Source of the DNA: Candidatus Saccharimonadota bacterium
GTDB taxonomy: Bacteria > Patescibacteriota > Saccharimonadia > Saccharimonadales > Saccharimonadaceae
DNA length: 32,000 bases
Assembly: GCA_002421785.1 (NCBI GenBank)
Contig: DIRZ01000003.1
Coordinates: 1-32,000, forward strand
Reading direction: 5' to 3'
Translations under genes and position numbers: made by a program
Part shown: positions 30,190 to 32,000 of the stretch, piece by piece
Numbering within the stretch: the stretch's first letter is position 1
Layout: each line of letters starts with the position of its first letter
Notes under the pieces: model-generated
The model's database searches: none
Seen by the model: the letters and a program-made list of their open reading frames with translations, nothing else
Told to the model about the DNA's origin: nothing

Positions 30190-30218
30190 TTGAAAATATG
30201 TACTAGTAGGCGTATAAT
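30190..30218 (+). promoter_or_regulatory. Near-consensus sigma70 promoter of the GC-elevated 150-aa orphan
   Basis: TTGAAA (30190-30195), a 17-nt spacer, then TATAAT (30213-30218). Confidence 0.7.
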
Positions 30219-30268
30219 CATATAACAACGCAACCCCGCGTGTACTTTCCAAGGAACGAGGTGACACT

Positions 30269-30721
30269 ATGGCATCCACTGCAGTGTGGGCCGTCGACTT
30301 CATCGACGCCCACCCGACCGTCAGCCTGGCAGACTACTACGAGCAGGACACTGCGACTAATGTCGTTGGCTTCTTGCCTCACCGCCCATCGTTGGCGTTG
30401 ATGCAGATGATCCAGCGCTTTGTAGCGGAGCGCACCCAGCGCGAAAAGCGCAAAATCGAAGGCCGTCGCGCATTCGAGGAATGGCAGCGCATTCGTCCCG
30501 TCGAGCCGTCAAAGTTTTCCCTGCGTGACACGGTCACCGTGGAAGAGAGCACCCTAGTGCTTCTCGATTACGACGATTTGGACGGGCCGCCCACGCGGCT
30601 GGGGCTCGCCATCGTTGACGCACCGCCGCCGATGACGTTTGCGGCCGAGAGTCTGGAGGCCCGCCTCACCTATGCTGTTTTTGATATTTTTCGGCAACGA
30701 ATCATGTCGAACCGGCGATAA
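30269..30721 (+). CDS. Hypothetical 150-aa protein, GC3-elevated
   Basis: GAGGTG lies 5 nt upstream of the ATG. By hand count, 30 of the first 40 codons end in G/C. The sequence is protein-like, with no recognisable family and no signal peptide. Confidence 0.6.
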   Translation: MASTAVWAVDFIDAHPTVSLADYYEQDTATNVVGFLPHRPSLALMQMIQRFVAERTQREKRKIEGRRAFEEWQRIRPVEPSKFSLRDTVTVEESTLVLLDYDDLDGPPTRLGLAIVDAPPPMTFAAESLEARLTYAVFDIFRQRIMSNRR

Positions 30722-30864
30722 CACCCCCTGGGGTGTCTGTGGCCTACGGGTCGCGGGCACCCCTGTTTGATAGGTATTTGAAGCTGTCTCTGTTATACGA
30801 AAATGTTGCAATTTTAACAATGTATAGTTATCTCTGTTTTTGTCCATATATAGCGTGTCGAATA

Positions 30865-30894
30865 TTGACATAAGCGCTACGTACATAGTAAGAT
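30865..30894 (+). promoter_or_regulatory. Candidate promoter of the LysM-CHAP gene (long 5' UTR)
   Basis: TTGACA (30865-30870), an 18-nt spacer, then TAAGAT (30889-30894). About 100 nt follow before AAGGAGG and ATG 30999. Confidence 0.4.
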
Positions 30895-30998
30895 GGTTCC
30901 TATTGTGTTTGGCAAGTTGCTAAAAAACCATGCAAAACACTAAGTCCTTGGAGTGACAGAAATATCAGTACTCTAGGGGGTTTAAGGAGGATAAGAAT

Positions 30999-31688
30999 AT
31001 GAATATCAACCAAGCAGTGGTGGCACTGAGTATTACTCTTGCCGCTACAGTACTAGGTGGCCAAAGCGCTTTTGCGCAAACAGCCCCGACGACTACCAAG
31101 GAGCCGGCTCCCGTAATCGTAACCGTTCAGGAAGGTGATTCACTCACTAAAATCGCCGACGCGAACAAAACAACCTGGGTACGAATCTTCAACGCAAATG
31201 ACACACTCGCGAACCCTGATGTCATTAATGCTGGAGATAAAGTTCGTATCCCTCGCGAGGACGAAGATCTTCCTGACCGCTACAGCGAAATCGCAGCGGC
31301 TCAGGCAGCGGCGCAGCAGCAAGTGGTCGCACAGACTGCAACAACGTACACCACGCGTAGCTATTCAAGTGCGCCTGTGAGCTCAAGTAGCTACTACGTC
31401 GGCAATGGTATGTGGTGTACTGACTACGTGCACTCAGTCCGACCAGACGTGCCTATCTATGGCAACGCAGGCTATAGCTGGATTAGCTCCGCACAGGCAG
31501 ATGGTAAAGCGACCGGCAGCACGCCACAGGTTGGTGCGGTTGCTGTCACTGACGGTCACGTAGCGTATGTGAGTGGCGTCAACGCTGACGGATCTTACCA
31601 GGTGCAGGAAATGGGCTGGAACTACCAGGCCGGAAACTACAACGAACGAACAGTTCAGCCTGGCACGTTTGGAGCGTTCATCTACTAG
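30999..31688 (+). CDS. Secreted peptidoglycan hydrolase: signal peptide + LysM + CHAP domain
   Basis: It has a signal peptide ending SAFA-QT, a LysM domain (VTVQEGDSLTKIADANKTTWVRIFNANDTLANPDVINAGDKVRIP) and a CHAP-like C terminus with the Cys in WCTDYV and the His in DGHVAYV. The SD is AAGGAGG. Confidence 0.85.
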   Translation: MNINQAVVALSITLAATVLGGQSAFAQTAPTTTKEPAPVIVTVQEGDSLTKIADANKTTWVRIFNANDTLANPDVINAGDKVRIPREDEDLPDRYSEIAAAQAAAQQQVVAQTATTYTTRSYSSAPVSSSSYYVGNGMWCTDYVHSVRPDVPIYGNAGYSWISSAQADGKATGSTPQVGAVAVTDGHVAYVSGVNADGSYQVQEMGWNYQAGNYNERTVQPGTFGAFIY

Positions 31689-31706
31689 GAATCTACTAGT
31701 TCGAAC

Positions 31707-31746
31707 AAAAAACACCCCCCGAGCGAGAGGGGGTGTTTGCTTCTTC
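31707..31746 (+). terminator. Rho-independent terminator of the LysM-CHAP gene
   Basis: AACACCCCC (31711-31719) pairs with GGGGGTGTT (31729-31737) and is followed by a T-rich tail (TGCTTCTTC). Confidence 0.7.
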
Positions 31747-31755
31747 TAATAAAGT

Positions 31756-31796
31756 GCCCTGTCGGCACACACGCGTTGCGTGCATGCTGACAGGGC
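31756..31796 (-). terminator. Hairpin downstream of the partial minus-strand ORF
   Basis: GCCCTGTC (31756-31763) pairs with GACAGGGC (31789-31796), with an inner CACGC/GCGTG stem. On the minus strand it is followed by ACTTTATT. Confidence 0.45.
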
Positions 31797-31802
31797 AAGG
31801 TG

Positions 31803-32000
31803 TCAGGCTTCGAGCGCCTCACGGTAGCTCGAAGTCGTGTGGTTCACGGACTCCACGAGGCGGATGAGCCTGTCCAGCATCACTGAACCGATGGCGTCGC
31901 GGAAAGGCCACGTGGACTGCTCGTGACTATACCTTGAGTAACCCTGGCCCCATTCTTCCTCGATGGTTCGGCCGTACTTGTCGTATTCGGCAAGGCAATA
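31803..32000 (-). CDS. C-terminal 65 codons of a hypothetical protein (5' end lies beyond the window), GC3-elevated
   Basis: The frame is open from the window edge to TGA at 31803-31805. It translates as ...YCLAEYDKYGRTIEEEWGQGYSRYSHEQSTWPFRDAIGSVMLDRLIRLVESVNHTTSSYREALEA. By hand count, 49 of 65 codons end in G/C. Confidence 0.5.
   Translation of the reverse strand, partial: YCLAEYDKYGRTIEEEWGQGYSRYSHEQSTWPFRDAIGSVMLDRLIRLVESVNHTTSSYREALEA

Noticed and set aside
31679-31700. The tandem 11-mer ATCTACTAGGA/ATCTACTAGTT at the end of the LysM-CHAP gene, and the recurring ACTAGT/CTACTAG motifs in promoters (4517, 4560, 30202).
   Set aside because: These are short, few-copy motifs that overlap a stop codon or spacer regions. 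There is not enough evidence for a repeat family or binding site, so they are noted only as a motif to include in genome-wide searches.
1-32000. A scan for CRISPR arrays, IS elements/transposases, integrases, rRNA genes and toxin-antitoxin pairs.
   Set aside because: No regularly spaced direct repeats, no recombinase-like ORFs and no rRNA-like sequence were seen. The only mobile-element-like signals are the tRNA-Gln fragments and the short direct and inverted repeats around the GC-rich inserts, which are reported separately.

Overview
The window is mostly housekeeping DNA from a small, gene-dense bacterial genome at roughly 50% GC by eye. Gene content suggests a Patescibacteria/CPR lineage, possibly Saccharibacteria-like; this is an inference, not proven. 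UGA is used as a stop codon. I found no rRNA, CRISPR array, transposase or integrase. Confident calls are tRNA-Gln(UUG), cysS, recR, ybaB, dnaB, dnaX, tdk, rplL, rplJ, rplA, tmk, dcd, folA, thyA, a P-type ATPase, a SulP transporter, an AI-2E transporter, a fused OtsA-OtsB enzyme, a DHH/NrnA-like phosphoesterase and a secreted LysM-CHAP hydrolase. The main points for follow-up are listed here. (1) Four orphan ORFs have strongly raised GC3 (13248-13547, 21595-22197, 30269-30721 and the partial 31803-32000). The three complete ones each sit behind a near-consensus sigma70 promoter and a strong SD, which suggests foreign, possibly high-GC actinobacterial, cargo. (2) An Ile/Leu/Val-rich mini-ORF plus an intrinsic terminator lies directly upstream of a threonine-dehydratase-like gene, resembling an ilv-type attenuator. 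(3) dnaX contains an in-phase A-AAA-AAG slippery heptamer at the tau/gamma boundary. (4) At least 10 starts have a -10 box (often TGC-TAnnnT) only 6-7 nt upstream of the ATG, implying leaderless mRNAs. (5) Scattered tRNA-Gln fragments surround the intact gene. (6) There are a divergent RelA/SpoT-like protein, a SulP-STAS-nucleotidyltransferase fusion, an L1 with a 105-aa N-terminal extension, and a thymidylate module that splits rplA from rplJL.
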